Shown: piece after piece, positions 63,684-64,000 of the stretch
Numbering within the stretch: position 1 is the stretch's first letter
Layout of the letters: every line of letters begins with the position of its first letter
Origin: Hyphochytrium catenoides
Taxonomy: Eukaryota; Protista; Hyphochytriomycota
Length of the DNA: 64,000 bases
Direction: 5' to 3'
Assembly: GCA_900088475.1 (NCBI GenBank)
Contig: FLMG01000989.1
Span: 41,157 to 105,156 of the forward strand
Notes under the pieces: model-generated
The model's input: only the letters and a program-made list of their open reading frames with translations
What the model was told of the DNA's origin: nothing
The model's database searches: none
Position numbers and translations under genes: made by a program

Positions 63684-64000
63684 TCAATGAAGAGCCCAAA
63701 CCGAACAACAGCGACTGACCAAGGAAGGAGCCTTTTCTGCTAGCACGCCACTAAAGATTGTCGCACAATCTACTACTGAGGTGATGACCCTGCAGCAGCG
63801 AACAATTATTGAGAGGGGAAGAGAGAGACAGAGTGAGAGAAGACACTCAGAGACCAAGAGAAAGAGCAGGATAACAGAGGTGCAGGGAGAGAAAGAGAGA
63901 GAGAGAGAGGAGCAGAGAAGACTGAACAACAGAAGAGAGAGAGAAAAAGAGAGAGATGTTCTGTCGGACTAAGCTATAGTGTGAAGTAACTTACCCCGAC
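63684..64000 (-). CDS. Possible 3' part of an unidentified minus-strand gene entering from the window end
   Basis: Strong donor GTAAGT at ~63994, a CT-rich intron, and acceptor CTGCAG at ~63790 followed by an open frame (VITSVVDCATIFSGVLAEKAPS...). No recognisable homology. Confidence 0.3.

Larger units (their letters stand above)
4900..64000. repeat. Pervasive (GA)n/(CT)n microsatellite and derived low-complexity DNA
   Basis: Very many perfect and degenerate AG/CT runs, e.g. 10021-10078, 26045-26109, 44841-44898, 49741-49820. The N gaps are almost all bordered by such runs. Confidence 0.99.

Overview
Intron-rich eukaryotic nuclear DNA using the standard code and GT-AG introns. It is probably from a stramenopile/ochrophyte-like protist; that assignment is an inference from the RAD21 and eL33 sequences. 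From about 4.9 kb onward the window is saturated with (GA)n/(CT)n microsatellites, and nearly all short ORFs in the supplied track are poly-SL/poly-ER artefacts. By hand-splicing I recover 12 protein genes: RAD21 (-, 3'-truncated), a SmgGDS/RAP1GDS1-like armadillo protein (-), a ~1330-aa multi-IQ protein (+), a WW-like protein (-), an intronless multipass membrane protein (+), an IQ/C2-like/PH protein (+), a class II-type histone deacetylase (-), RPL35A (+), the CAAX protease RCE1 (-), an FAH-family hydrolase (+), nucleoporin NDC1 (+) and an ankyrin-repeat protein (-). The most notable structural signals are: (1) introns with a 5' (GA)n arm and a complementary 3' (CT)n arm, which could fold to bring splice sites together; (2) the repeat bias extending into exons and protein composition; (3) repeat-poor islands upstream of genes, several carrying a palindromic (T)CTGAAGCTTCAG(A) motif; (4) a sharp compositional boundary near 4.9 kb. 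No rRNA, tRNA, CRISPR array or intact mobile element was seen.
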